Assembly (NCBI GenBank): GCA_002633005.1
Contig: NMRA01000193.1
Location: 512,716-576,715 of the forward strand
Length of the DNA: 64,000 nucleotides
Origin: Phoronis australis
Lineage: Eukaryota; Animalia; Phoronida
Reading direction: 5' to 3'
Shown piece by piece: positions 14,075 to 27,800 of the stretch (its first letter is position 1; the number at the start of each line of letters is the position of its first letter). The notes beneath the pieces are model-generated. The model was not told where the DNA came from. It ran no database searches and saw only the letters and a program-made list of their open reading frames with translations. The position numbers and the translations under genes are program-made.

Positions 14075-14132
14075 CTAACTAACGAGACAAACGCAAAAGT
14101 TTTTAAACTTTTGCGTTTGTCTCGTTAGTTAG
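14075..14132. repeat. Perfect inverted repeat, 28-bp arms with 2-nt spacer
   Basis: ctaactaacgagacaaacgcaaaagttt-tt-aaacttttgcgtttgtctcgttagttag. Confidence 0.95.
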
Positions 14133-14139
14133 CTAGGTG

Positions 14140-14630
14140 GCACAGCAATCGGATCCGTACGAAAGTCGTCGTCATCCTTCGTTCTATTCGTAAGATCATA
14201 TCTTCCAAATCCCATAAAATGTTTTATGAGATGCCGCAAATGACGGGCGTCTATACCAGGCAGACGGATGCCGGACAGACAGAGATAGATGGCAACAATA
14301 TGCGCCCGTATAAATTTATATATACGTGGACCAATGATGTTGCCACTAGGGGCGGAACAGTAGTAACCTCTGGGGTAGCGTCGTCTCCCTTATAAGAAAA
14401 AACAATTTCATAAAAACTCTACCAGTGACTTGATAGATATAGGTGCATACAAAAAGCTTAACATTTTCACTAGCAGTCAGACCCGTCCGCAAATCGTCGC
14501 CATCCGTTGTATATTCTTTCAAATTCCATAAAGTGTTTAATAGAATACAGCAAAAGATGGCAGACAGACAGATGCCTGACAGGCGGAGATGACGGCAATA
14601 TACTCCCGCATTTACACATAAAAGGCACCT
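14140..14630 (-). mobile_element. Two tandem Helentron-type (HINE/DINE-like) fragments
   Basis: There are GACA/GACG microsatellite cores, a gccactagggg motif, and a duplicated ttcaaatcccataaa..cagacggatgcc block. They are related in inverted orientation to 37997-38460. Confidence 0.5.
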
Positions 14631-17600
14631 GAAACAGCTGACTGACATGACAGTGTAAACGTGAACGAAGTCTTGCATTCTACAAAATATCTAAACCGCC
14701 CGTCAGTCACACCCCTGTGTTGATATAAGATGAGATAGGATTTAATGTTACGTAGAATGAGAAAAGTTCAATACACAATTCATAATACGTGTTTTTGGAA
14801 ACATTGACTGAGCTACCTGATGCAAGATGTACTCTGTGCAATTTAGTAAATAGTAGAGATAATGAAGATATAATGCCACTTATTAACAAACTGGCTATCC
14901 ATATTGATCATGCGTATCATATTTTATATCAAAAGCGGGCATATCTACTCCTAGTGAAACTTCAATATTCCTTACGACGGCATTAAGAGTTTTGTTAAGT
15001 AAAGATCGAGCCTGAGTCACGTAGGCACAAGAATCTCGCAAAGGAGACTGTAGTCTAGTAGCTAGAAATGGGTACTTAGAAATTCTTGTTTTTTTTCTGT
15101 TTCATGTATAGGTGCCTCCCCTGAAGCGCTTTAGCTGGCTTGTAATCTTGACAACTTTGAAATTTTTTAGATATGAAAATTAATGCCGCTATTATGCAAA
15201 ATTATATTTTTGCTTATAACTTCCCCATCAAGCTCTTCAGGTTGATTATTTTGTTTTCACCAATGTTTCTATGGTCAGTGAATTTATGGAGCTACTTGGG
15301 AAGTGGATACATCGAGACTTTGCATATATTATGCCAATTAAAACGATTAATGAAAATGCTACTTGTGCTTATAGCTTCGGTATCAAGTTATACATGTCAA
15401 AGTATATTGATATTTTCACCCAACTTGATATGGACAGCGAATTTAATGGAGCCGCTTTGAAGGTGGATACATCGAAAATTTGCATCAATTATGCAAACTG
15501 AGGGAGCCATTTTTGAAAGTTCTACTTGTGTATTTAGCTGCAGTATCAGGCACCACATGCAAATTTTATTGATAATTACGCACTTGTTTCTGCGATCCGT
15601 AAATTTGATGAGATATGTTTATTGGTTATTGCATGATAGACAAATTCGCATAATTTATGAAAATAATGGACGCCATTATTTAATATTCTGTTTCTGTTCA
15701 TAACTTTCATACAGGGCACTACATGTAGATTATTTTGATATTCGCACCCATGATTTTGTGGACAATGAATGTAATGAAATCAGTTCGCAGATAATTACCT
15801 CATGAATTTGCATAATTCGTGTACATTGTGACCAGCAACAGTAGTTTGACTCATCGTTTTGGTTACAGCACTTCATGAATTGAGGCTTTTGCGTGACTGT
15901 ACTATCCGAAATAAGATGTGGAATCATTTTCAGAAGTGTGTTCTGGGTAATTGTCTCACTCTCATCGAAGTCGCTAAGATCACATACAGTGATATTCATA
16001 CATAGCTTTGCTTTCACAACTACAGCATCAAGCTTAACAAACTTAAAAGACTTGCTTGAAAAATTTCCATAGTCAACAACTGATGCACAACGTGGCATAC
16101 TTAAAGCCTAATTTCAACGGAATTTTGTTATTTTAGATACACTGGACTAAAAAAGTAGTCCTAGCAAATCCTTAGCTAAATAAGAAAAAGCGAGTTTAAT
16201 GACGCAAATAGGTGAAGCTACCTTTTTCGTGTCATACAGCGTCACCGCCAGATCCCAGTACAAACAACACAAGTCCGATAATAGTTGTATTGAATAGGGG
16301 TCTGAATATACCACCTTTACGAGCGGGTGATTCTTGCGGTGTCTTTGACGTAGATAAAAGGAAACCAATAGGCCTAACAGTTCGTTATATTCGACAATTT
16401 ATGGCACTAAGGGGCTCAGAGCGATGCTCTTAACATACTACAGGAGCTAAATTTGCAGATGTTATCGTTCACGATAGACGGCTTTCAAACATCACTTTTC
16501 ACTTTTCATCAGTTTATCAAACATTTGTTTGTCTGAAAGCTGTCCTCAAAAGTTTTGAGAAGTGTCATAAAGACCTGGAGATGTCCGTGTTTACTAATTT
16601 TGACAAGCATGCATATTGTCAGGAAGCCATTACCAGTTTTGTTAATGTCTTCATGATATTATCAATTACACTAAATTAAATTAAATTATCATCGTCACAA
16701 ATGTGACTAGGCAGCTGCATCTCAGCCCGTACCTTCATAAAAGTGTCATAACCTGTCAGAACATTAAGCTTTAGGTGCCTCGTTTAGCTGGCTAAAAGTA
16801 ACAATCAAATTCCGAGTAGGCATTTCACCGTCATAAATATGTCTCGTGAAGGGATTCTATTTCCGTGACCAGCAAAAAATGAGAGACTCGAGTCGGCAAC
16901 GGAAAGGAATCCTGTCACGGAGACCGTATTTTAAAAGAATTATGAAACAGAAAAAAATTACAAAATTTAACTGCACAAGAAAATTATAGCAGTATTAAGA
17001 AGGTAAAATGCGTTTTATATATTTTACATTATGTTATACTGCATTACACGATGCTATCAAAATAGAAAAGTTGATAAACACCAGAATATTCTGTAGAGAT
17101 TTATATTTATTTGGAGACATTATATTATTGTATGATTTTATGCTAATTCCATCGAATTATGAAAAACGTTCGTATAATCCAGTAGTTTCCAGTCTAATGT
17201 TGAAGGTTTGGCTATTACAGACAAATTTATAGAATAAACGAAATTTACTGACTTGATAAACGAAAGAGCAGATTTCACCACGGAAATCGTCATCGTTGCA
17301 AATTGAAAATCATATCTATCAGTGTAATCAAAAAGTCAAGCTATACCCTTCTCATTTCAACAAAATCATCTTAAATGTCTGAGGGTGGTCTACTTTCAGT
17401 GTACATAATGCAACTACACACAATTTTGTAGGCTGGAAGTCACCTTGTATGCATCAGTTACGTCACTGCAACTCAACTATCTGTCGTACTGGTTTTGCTG
17501 CTAACGTAACCAAGGGGTGGAAGCAATTGCACCTCTAAAATCCAGCTACGACACCGCAAATTGCAGTTCCAGACTAGAAGAAACCAAACCCGTGATACAA

Positions 17601-18209
17601 ATCGACAGGTTTGCACCTCTGAACTCCTAACACTCCCCGAAAAGGCTCCATTCATGATGACGAAAATCCATTCCCATAGACTATAGGCTATGGCCGCACC
17701 TCTAATTCGCTGGTAGAATATAAAGGCTATGACTTTGGAATCTGGTCCCCGGAACTTGGTTATCGGGTGTAGAGCATTTTCGGTGCCTGTGTCGTGATTA
17801 GGGAACGCAAATCTGGGGATTTGGTGGCACTGGTCTGGAACTGGAGATTAGAGGCGCTTTTACACAGACAGTGTTTCCACCCCTTGATAACATGATACTA
17901 GGTACTGGGCTGAACTCTGTCTTTCATAGAGAAACTAGAATGATTTACACGAATCGTGGATACCTTGCAATTGATCGGATTGCAAGTGCTTGATTCACTT
18001 GAATAACTCGTATCAGCAATAATTGTATCTGTAAGGGGGAGCATTCGAAATGATAACCGCTTTTCTATGAATTATAAGTTACGCAAATTTATTGTGTAAT
18101 GACCTGCCTACTGATTTCATTAAATTCACCAACAACGAACACATGGGTGAAAATATCACGATGATCTACATGAAATGCCGAACACTGTGGCCATTATTAG
18201 CATAAATTC

Positions 18210-18216
<7 letters not shown>

Positions 18217-18254
<38 letters not shown>
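18217..18254. repeat. (TA)n microsatellite
   Basis: Read directly from the sequence. Confidence 0.95.
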
Positions 18255-18257
<3 letters not shown>

Positions 18258-19430
18258 CATGTAACAGCTTGAAAACTCATTTTATTGAATCAATTTACCA
18301 CAGAAATATGTGAGAAAATATCAATATCACTTACCTGTAGTGTTCCTCACTGCAACTACATGCACAAACACATTCTTAAATTATGGCGATCTTAATTTAC
18401 ATAAACTATACAAATTTACGATTTCTCTACCTGTACCTCTACCTTTGGTGCTTGATAAGGAAGGTGTCAGTAAAAATGGAATTTTGTATAACGGTAGTCT
18501 TAGTTTGAATATGAAAAAGTGCTTAAAGTTGTCAAGATTACAACCCAGGTAAAATGCTTGAAGAACGCCACCTCAACACGAAAATAACTTATACTACCAA
18601 GAATTTCAAGGTCCCCAAGGGGATCCTATGAGTGGCTACTAGACTTCTTGGGAGGTTATGTGGTTCCTTTTGAATACATGACGATATCTCGTGAAGTCTT
18701 GCGTGATCTTTCGTTTTGGTAAGGCTCTTGCGTCTATGGAACGCACACTAGACTTGCTAGAATATCGATCTTATTCACAACAAATTAACATGACTACAAC
18801 TCTTAAAAGGACACCAAACCCGGTTTTGGGGTATTAACAGATACTAAAAACGACTTTCCTATCCAGTTCTCTGGAACAACATAATGCTTTGCAACCCTCG
18901 GCAATCCTCAAAAGTTTGGAGCAAAATTTGAAAACTCCTTTCACAGTCTGCTAAATGGGCAAGCGTGAACTCGTCTTTTAGCGAATTACCCGAATGTCCA
19001 ATTTGTGGGCTAGGGGGCATGAGTTTTTAATTAGTTCTTGCTTTTATCTTTCAAGATTGACGCCAATGATACATCAGCAGGTGACAGAAGGGGTTGGTTG
19101 AAATCATCAAACCAGGATTTAGTATCCTTTTAAATTGACAAAAAACCGACATACATACGAATAGATTAAATTTTGATTTCGTCAATTATGAACTTGATGT
19201 CAACTTGTTTCATTTACTAGGATGAGACGTGAATTGTGATCTTGCAAAGAACTGACAATTTGTTATCCCAGGAGACCATAATGGGCGAAAGACACACCGT
19301 GACCACAGCATAGCGAATGACAGCTATTTGACTAAGGCAAGTCGTTCGTTTTCCAATTCCTTGCCAAAAGTGAGCCCATTGTGGCTACTGTGGAAGTGAA
19401 TACATTTGGTAGACTTGACGCCAAGTTCGT

Positions 19431-21810
19431 CTAAAGAGAAGAATTTCTTACAGTATTTCTCTTTTGCTGAAGTTCTGAATGATGTTGGTCTTCATGTGGT
19501 CTTAGATTGGCTGGAGTGGAGAACGACGTATCGACTGCCCTATCGCTGAAAGCCAAGTCATTCACACGTTTGTTTTTCAGAGGATTAAGATTTACTTCAT
19601 CCGCGTGGGCTAGATGTTGTGGACAACAGACTTCAAGATTGGCTGACGAAAAGGTATACAAGAGAGGATTCAGAGCAGAGTTGATGGGCATGATGAACAC
19701 AGCGACCCAAGCTGAGGTTTGTCGACTTATGGTAACTCCAGACAGAGCAACGATGCCAATAATAGAGATGGGGACCCAGCAGCAAAAATCGGTCAACACG
19801 ATAAGTACTAACCGCCGGGCAAGTGCGAGGTCACGTGTTGTCGATTTCCTCTTCGACTTAAGTCTTTGTTGCCGGGCGTAAACGTAAATCCACATATAAC
19901 CCAGTGCTATAATGATGAAGCATACTAAATTGAAAGCTATAAATACTGAAGCCGAATACACCCAACCCTTAGAAGAACTGTTGCGAAGGGTGAAAGGGAG
20001 ACATGCAGACGTTGAGCCGTAATATTCGTGACCATAAATGATTAGGGGAGCGGCAGCAATGACGCAGCACGTTACCCATCCAACAGTTTCCACGGCGGTA
20101 GCTGTTTTCATGGAAAAGGGCTTCACTCGAAATGTAAAAACCAAGATTCTCACTCGGTCTACTGTGATTACAACGAGTGTGAACACGGACATTTCACAGG
20201 CAACAGTGGAAATAAAACCCGAAAACTGGCAAACTGGTCCCTCCCTCCAGTCTTGTTCGTATTGATAGAACTTGCCATGGGTTTCAAAATACAGGTCTGC
20301 GGACGCAATGATGAGAAGGTAAACCCCCATTATGAAGTCCGATACGCTCAGGTTTAGAACAAGAAACGAATTGACATTTTTCCACTCAGTCTTTAGACGC
20401 CACACAAAAACGGTAAGATTTCCAATGAATGCCATCACTCCAATTACCCAAATGGCATATCTCAAAAAGTCGTCAGCAAGCAAATCCTCACAGGATGAGA
20501 ACTCATCAGGTTCTGGAAGGCATTTCACGCTGTTGTTAAGAGCACAGCAATGTCTAAATGCGTCCGTGCGAAGGAAACCTATTTGTACTTTTCTGAAGGC
20601 ATTCATGTCAATTTTCAGGTGTATGTCGTTGAGTTCAATGTCTATGACGTCTAAACGACCAATGAAGGCACTCGCCGAAATAGATATTAATTTATTTCTT
20701 GAAAGATCAAGATGTTTAATGTTGACATCCAAAAACGTGAATGTTGGTAAATGGGTGATCTGATTTCCTGTCAAATTCAGAACTAAAAGGTTGTTCAATC
20801 CTTGAAAGGCTTTTTGAGGAATTCTTGTTATGTTGTTGTGAGAAATGTCAAGGACACCCATGAATTGGTACCCGTCGAATGTGTTCCTATAAAGTTGCAA
20901 CAAATTGCGGGAAAATAACAGAACCCGTAAATTTCTGCTGTATGGGGGAATTGAAGATAGATTAGCTTCATTACAACTCATCGAAAAGCCGTTGCACAGG
21001 CACGAGCCTGGGCAGTCTTTTGGGATATCACAGTATTTTTCATCGTCGCCATTTGGACAGTCAACTTCACCATTGCAGACAGACTTTTGCTCGATACAGA
21101 AACGTTGTCCAGGGCACCGTAGCAGCCCAGGACACTTGTATTCTTCGCAATTAACTTCATCTTCTCCATTCACACAATCCTTTGTACCGTCACACACGCC
21201 ACGAACATGTACGCAGAATGAGTTGGGACACTTGAATAAGCCGGGGCACTGGAATTGTGAACAGTTTTGGAGATGGCTGAAATCGCGACACCCGTTCACG
21301 ACAGATTTTATATACCTATCAACGTCATACACGCACGCAGTCTCCCGTCTGAAGCATCTTGGATAATGCGGTATACAACGAACTTCGTCATCCCTTGGAC
21401 AGAACGGCTTGTAATTTGCAGTAATAATAGGTTTTGTTGCAGTACCTGTATTTACCTCTCCTTTAATTGAGTCCAAATACTCCAGCAACTCATCTTCAGC
21501 TGTGCACGTGGGACAGTCGGGTTGTAAATCGTTTTGACGAGATTTGGGAATGCAGGTTGCGGAATAACAACGAAAGCCGTTGGAGCACGAACCCATCCCA
21601 TAGCACTGCTCAGGTGCTTCGTCGTCACCAGTTCTGCAGTCCTTAATCAAGTCGCAAGTTCTGTTCATTGCAATACACGTACCATCTGCACAGCGGAATT
21701 CACCAGTCGAGCAGCTCGGATATGTGCAGTCAGCCTCATCAGAACCATCTATGCAGTGACGGACGTGGTCGCAGTAAAGTGAATACGGAAGACATTCACC
21801 ACTTTGACAC
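19431..21810 (-). CDS. Gene A coding exon 3: LDLa repeats, LRRNT/LRRs, hinge and 7TM
   Basis: The 815-aa ORF has CDxxxDCxxGxDE LDLa motifs, a CPGSCLC LRR cap, LxxLxLxxNxI repeats and the hinge HCCAL..DEFSSCEDLL. The 7TM has LSVSDFIMGVYL, ITVDRV, LTDFCCWVP and PINSALNPLLY, typical of RXFP1/2-GRL101 receptors. Confidence 0.95.
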
Positions 21811-24800
21811 CTGAAACGAAAAAGTATAACGACAAATAACAATAAAATCCTACTACATCTTATCATGCTAACTTTCACCGTGAAGTATTCGTCCTCTAAA
21901 GTCCTTCTCTCACGCGTTGTTAACCCTTATTACATGGTTAGAGGATGTTATAAGGATCCAAGAAGTACCTACCCCATAACTAATACACGATCCGTACTCG
22001 AAAAAAAGTTAAAATGAACGCGCCACTCACCATTCGCACCCGCAGAACCACCGCCATTTTGAACTTGCCGCGAACCCGGAAGTACAATTCATTCAGGAAC
22101 CCAGGCTAAGAAAACGCCGTCAGTGTGAGTGCCTGTTACCAGCCTGCAAACGGGGATAAAATAATCGACAGCGCGCCTTAATTTTAATAAAATCAAAATA
22201 CGGAAATTTTATCGAATTTGCTGAAAAAATGTGGCGAATAAATTTTGACAGAAATTATTTTGCCAGACTCGGGACCGCAGCCTATCGGACCTGGTGCCGA
22301 TCGAGACCAGACACTGGCGAACGGTAAACGCATGCGGTTGCAAGCTGTTTTGTCGAAGTAAAATGGTCAAATCATAAATGCTGCATATATTCAAGGGTAG
22401 TTTCAGACACTTGCATGAAATTACGGGCTGGTTAGTACATCTTATATTTTTGCACAAAAACACGAAAATTGAACAAAGTTTCTTTTTTGTAACAACGTTT
22501 GTCAAAATGTATCAACGTTAAATCTTCACAAATTACAAAGTAGCCGATTGAACATGCCTTTCAGTTCAGCAAAAGTCGCCTTGTTGTCGGTGCCGCCAGA
22601 AATGAGACGAAGTCAAGTTCAACGGAAATTGTGAGCACATTTATCACTTAATGAGTAACAACTGCGAGGCTGAAATTTGGTGAACACTGTTAAATCGTGC
22701 AGAATAGTAAGTAAAGATATGTCTAACTAAATTTCACCGTAATTGGTTGCCGAAAACAATTTACACACATTTTTGAACTCGTAACTTATCCCGCTGTCCT
22801 CTAATATGGCCGACGCGATCCAAACAAAGTGACCCAAATTTCGCCACAAAACTTGCAATAACTTTACACTGCTTGCCCCGATTTTGATACTTTTTCGATT
22901 TTTACTGAGTAGAATGCACTACCTTTCCGATGATAGCAAAGTACTTTTTCAAAACGAGAAAAAAAATAAAACCGAAAAAAATTGATTCGACCCATGTTGG
23001 TTCCTAGGTTCGACCGGCCTACGTAAGGAACTAAACACCAGTGCTATTTTAACATACTAAGTACCCGTAACATTCCAAAAAAAAAATCAACGACCACTAA
23101 CTACAAACTATAAATACAGTACATATGTAAACGAATCATGAGATATTACTGATAAAACAAAATAATGAAGACTTCTCGAGCAAGCGATAGCACATTCAGT
23201 TACAAGGAAAAAATGGCGGCGTTGAGGACAAGTTCCTGAACTGATGAGCCGGAAATGTGGGTACGGAAATAACCGATGACAACCGGTAATCATACGCTCA
23301 GAGAGAAGGGTCAAATACTGTTCAAAATCGCTTTTGGCAAGAAAGGCGAAAAGAATATAAAGAAAGGGTGTCGAAAATAAGATTTTATGTAGTAAGTATT
23401 TTCGGATACTGGAACCACATGGGCAGTTTGAGAGAAGGACTCTAAAGTAGGTTACTACTGATACTGAGTTTAATGTCCAAGTCAAAGATTACCGAGGACA
23501 TGTTACCCACATTTAAACAGGAGATCGACAATTTACAAGCAATAGAAAATTACAGATAAATTTCACTGAATTAAAGATGTTTTCATTTGAATTGTACTTC
23601 TTATTTCCACAGCGTAATAAATTTCGGTACAATACGGTTTGTTGAACATGTGATTATTGAGAGTCCTCAATAACTATTCAAATTTCACGTAAGATGACGT
23701 CAGCTTCTGAATAGCTCAGTGGTTAGGGTGCCAGCTGTTGTAACATGAAACTTGAGGGAAGCGTGATTGAATCTGGCCACAGTTTAAGCTGAATAAGTTA
23801 CAAGAATTTACGTTTAATATACATTTCAAAATTTAAACAAACATAATACGATGGATAATATTTTGGTAATTAAAATCGCATATTCTCCTCACAATAAACG
23901 AACATTTTGTGCCACTCGACCCTCAAACTCGCCCGTTCACGACAGCTTGTAAGCAAAGCCGGTGAAACTGATCATTATGAACTGCAGTGGGAACTAAAGT
24001 AGCTTTCAGTTTTTATTATTTTGCGGTGTAAAAAAAGAGTAATAAGGGAAATATATAGGTTATACAACGTACGTGTTTGTACCAGTGGTTATTATATCGA
24101 GATTCGTGATATGCAAAGTATTTGAACGAGGGCGAAGTTTGATCTCCATCAGCTTATCATGGTTGACAATCATAAAAATATCATCAACATACCTGCAGTG
24201 CATGAATTACCAATTGGCAACAAGCTTCCGTTCCTAGACGTACTTATTGATTATGATGAATCTGGCATTAAAACCTCAGTATACAGAAAACCAACATATG
24301 ATGGGGTTTGTTTACATGAAACCAGCCAATGTCCTCTGAGATATAAACAAAAGAGTGTAATCGCATCAAGCAAATTATGATAAATAACGGTTACAGTAAT
24401 AAGTTTGTTGATGAGAATATGAAGTTTTTCATAAGCCGCTTGCAGAAACCTTTGTGTTTAAAACAAATAAGTGGTTGTACCAAAAAACTTTTCTACCGCA
24501 ACCAATTCCATTCACGTTATATTAAAGATGAACGAGATTTAAAACGGATCATCCATAATAATGTTAAGACCGCTAAGACAGAAGATAACCTTTCATTAAT
24601 TATATATCACCAAAACCATAAAACTAAACATCTTGTTGTTAACAACAATATGTGCTCAAAGTCTGTCCGAGTGTTAGCCAAAACTGACTTGATTTATCAG
24701 TTCAATTGCCCCCACAACGAATGTATTCGTTCAAACACTGATTGCTGAAGGTATGTTGGTAATGCAACGTGCACTTTATCTCGCCGGTTATTTATGCATT

Positions 24801-27800
24801 TACAAAATGGATCATTTAAAGATCACTTTCAAACACTCCACAAACAGAAAATTTCTCGTTCAGATATTGTTGACAATACCATCGTCAGGTATTTCGATCG
24901 TGACTTCTTTAATAATAAAAACTGAAACTCCTGACATAAATTCCCAAGATACTGGGTTCCATCTTACCTTGTCGTTATATAAATAATGTCCATAAGTTGT
25001 AACAGATATGTATTAAATTTTACTACGTTTTATAATACATTAGTTTCCATGACAATTCCTTCTGTAATTGCGCTCTAATGTACAGTATGCAACCTTATAT
25101 TCGTGTTTAATATCATTGTTCTTGTTTCCTGTATCTTGCACGATATCGTTTATGATTTTTAAATTTATTTGCCTTGGATGACTGAAGTATAGTCGAAGAA
25201 CCGCTACTGATTTCTTATGAAATGTTTTGTACAGTGTTTTATTATATATTTACTCATATATTTGTTTTCATGATGCCACTTACACTAGGCGATCTACTAT
25301 TTCAACTGCCATCTGAAGAAAGACATTCATGTAGACACTATGAAAGTTTGTTGAACAAACTAACTAAAGCCAAGAACAGCTTACTATTCCATGAAACATA
25401 TATATAGTTAGTTAGTTATCCTACATCAATTGGAATTCAGCTAAGATATCATATCTCAAATTCTTTTCATCTGAGAGTGTCCCAACTCGCCCATCGGTCT
25501 TGTTGGGAGATTCCCAGATGGAATGAATTCTCGATATGATATGACAATAATATTCCTATGCTTGTAATGTGTGATAAACTATATTTACGCCATGTAGTTT
25601 AACCCTGCTGTGCAAGCTGTAGACAGTTGTAGCCCTTTTGTAGATGTTAAATTATGCATACCTGAATGCAGTCTTACAGTCACAGGCTTTTTCATCGTCA
25701 CCTCCTAAACAGTCTAAATTGCCGTCACACAGTTGAGCTTCAAATATACATGTGCCGTCTTTACAAGTGTGTTGATGAGCTCCGCATCGAGGACTTTGAC
25801 TGATGAGATCCCGTTCACATAACACGTTCAGTGGACCATTTGGGAACGACGTCTTTCGTTCCTGCCAAGCATCACTCTGTATATTCGAAGGAAAAGGTGG
25901 TCTCAGTGGTGTTGTCGACAAAATAAATGGAGGCTCTGTATCGCAATCAAATTCAACAAATTCATGCTCCACGACATTTTCATTTATGGCATCCACTTGC
26001 AAAACCAATGTTTTCCAAATATTTTTTCTGGGATTTATTATGCGGCATGTAGTGTTAACCTTCTTCAGCCAAATTCCCCGATATTCTGGCTGATGTTTCC
26101 ATAGTGACAGGAGATACATTATAGCCTCTTTGTCATTGTTGCCAATTGAAGCAACTCTAGCTTCTTTCTCAAGACACATTGCTTTTGCGCCTGCATAACT
26201 AAGTGAAGTTACCAAAGATTGTAGACTCGTTAACATTTTTAAACATCTGCCTTTCATGAATGTCCATTTCTCTGGACATCGATGCTGATGCGTGATAGTA
26301 GCAGCAGCATTCCCTACTGTTCGATGCGACGAATTAGCCGCCTTTTTGCATATGTACAGACCATCTTGAAATGGGTAATTACAAGGGAGTTTCGCCCAGT
26401 GAGTTTTGTGATGAGAACGAACACTTGAAACAATGTGCATCACTGTGCATAGTGAGAATTTTACTCTGATTGGCTGGAGTCGGTTGCTAGGGATGATTTT
26501 CGCAATCCCTTGGTGAGGTTTGAAACTGGAATCCTCTACTGAAGTTTTGTCAGAATAAAGACGAGTGTGCCAGTCTGTGAATCGAAGCTGTGTTCCATCA
26601 GTCCATGATCCATCTCCACCCTGTAATACAAAGCGCCTTTTTAATGTAGATGACTAACACAGCATTGGCGTAACTGTGATCATCGCTGACTCTTGCGCAG
26701 AGGTGCCGCATCGCCACCGGTTGCCAAACCTTCTGGAAGGAAGGAGGTAGGGAGGGAGGGACGTGGGCAGCGAGTTAAGAAGAAAGTCCATGAAAACCGC
26801 TAAAATCAAAGATCACGAAGTTAAATGAAAAGAAATGAGGGCAAGTCATTTAAACTGCACATGACCATGACTCATAATATGTTACGAATTAAGGGATAAG
26901 CAAAGAAATAGAAACAAGCAAACAAAAAGGCATTACACACATATAAAATTAAAACACGTAAAGACAGGTTTTGAACTTTTTGAGGTACAAAACATTTTTG
27001 TTCGTATCTTAGGTATGTATTCAAATGGGAGCGATAGTTAAAGCTTGACAAAATAATATTTTTAAGTAGATTATGCATAGTGAACAACTACAAAACATAT
27101 TCAAAGAGAAGAGAAATACGTAACATAGAATATACATTGATGTACTAATAAATAAACGTATGGGAATTTCAGCCGAACAAATCTATTAGTGCAAGTGCGT
27201 AATACTTTTAAAATTTTGCACTGTTCTGTGTTTCAGTGTATTTATCCCACGCGCGTTGAATCTGTCGAGGGAAATATGGCCATGAAATAAAGTTTTCCGT
27301 ATTCACCTCCCGCACTACTTCAACAGCGACCTCTGACATGGAATGTTCAAAAGGTAGGTCAATGTCGACTCGACATCTTCAGCCGGTTCGATCATCAAAC
27401 TTTCCGAATATAGTTTAAAGTAACACAGCTGCAACAGTGTAACTAACACTCGACATGCAACCAGGCCCTAAACGTAAAATCTGTAACCAAACTGTTAATA
27501 ATAAGACACTTATGTCTCAGTTTTCAATTGCTGAATACTATATCGTCTGCAACTCAAGCGCCTATTCCTAGGAAATTAAAATGTCAAATATTGTTGTTTT
27601 TTTAACTATTTCCAGGAGATGTTACAAGTTCACTGCAAAGTTGCAGTATTTTTCATCTTCGCTACCTCTTTTCAAGAAATAAATCGTTACTTTTAAAACT
27701 GTTTCTTATACAAGAGAAAACTTTCAACCTAACGCGAAAGTACATTTATATAGGATGTGATCCGTCATGTGAACAGTCTAGGTGAAGTATTTGAAAAAAG

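Noticed and set aside
18325-18400. Strong minus-strand donor CAG|gtaagt, possibly a 5' UTR exon of gene B
   Set aside because: There is no supporting acceptor, promoter or homology evidence from sequence alone.
19507-21782. Series of plus-strand ORFs over the 7TM exon (also 41757-43621 and 354-3077)
   Set aside because: These are antisense shadows of real minus-strand exons with no recognisable motifs.
23240-23270. CTGATGAG..GAAA hammerhead-like core (also inverted at ~54690-54720)
   Set aside because: No convincing stems II, I or III could be formed. The neighbouring aaaatggcgg and ccggaa motifs look more like YY1/ETS promoter sites in a transposon.
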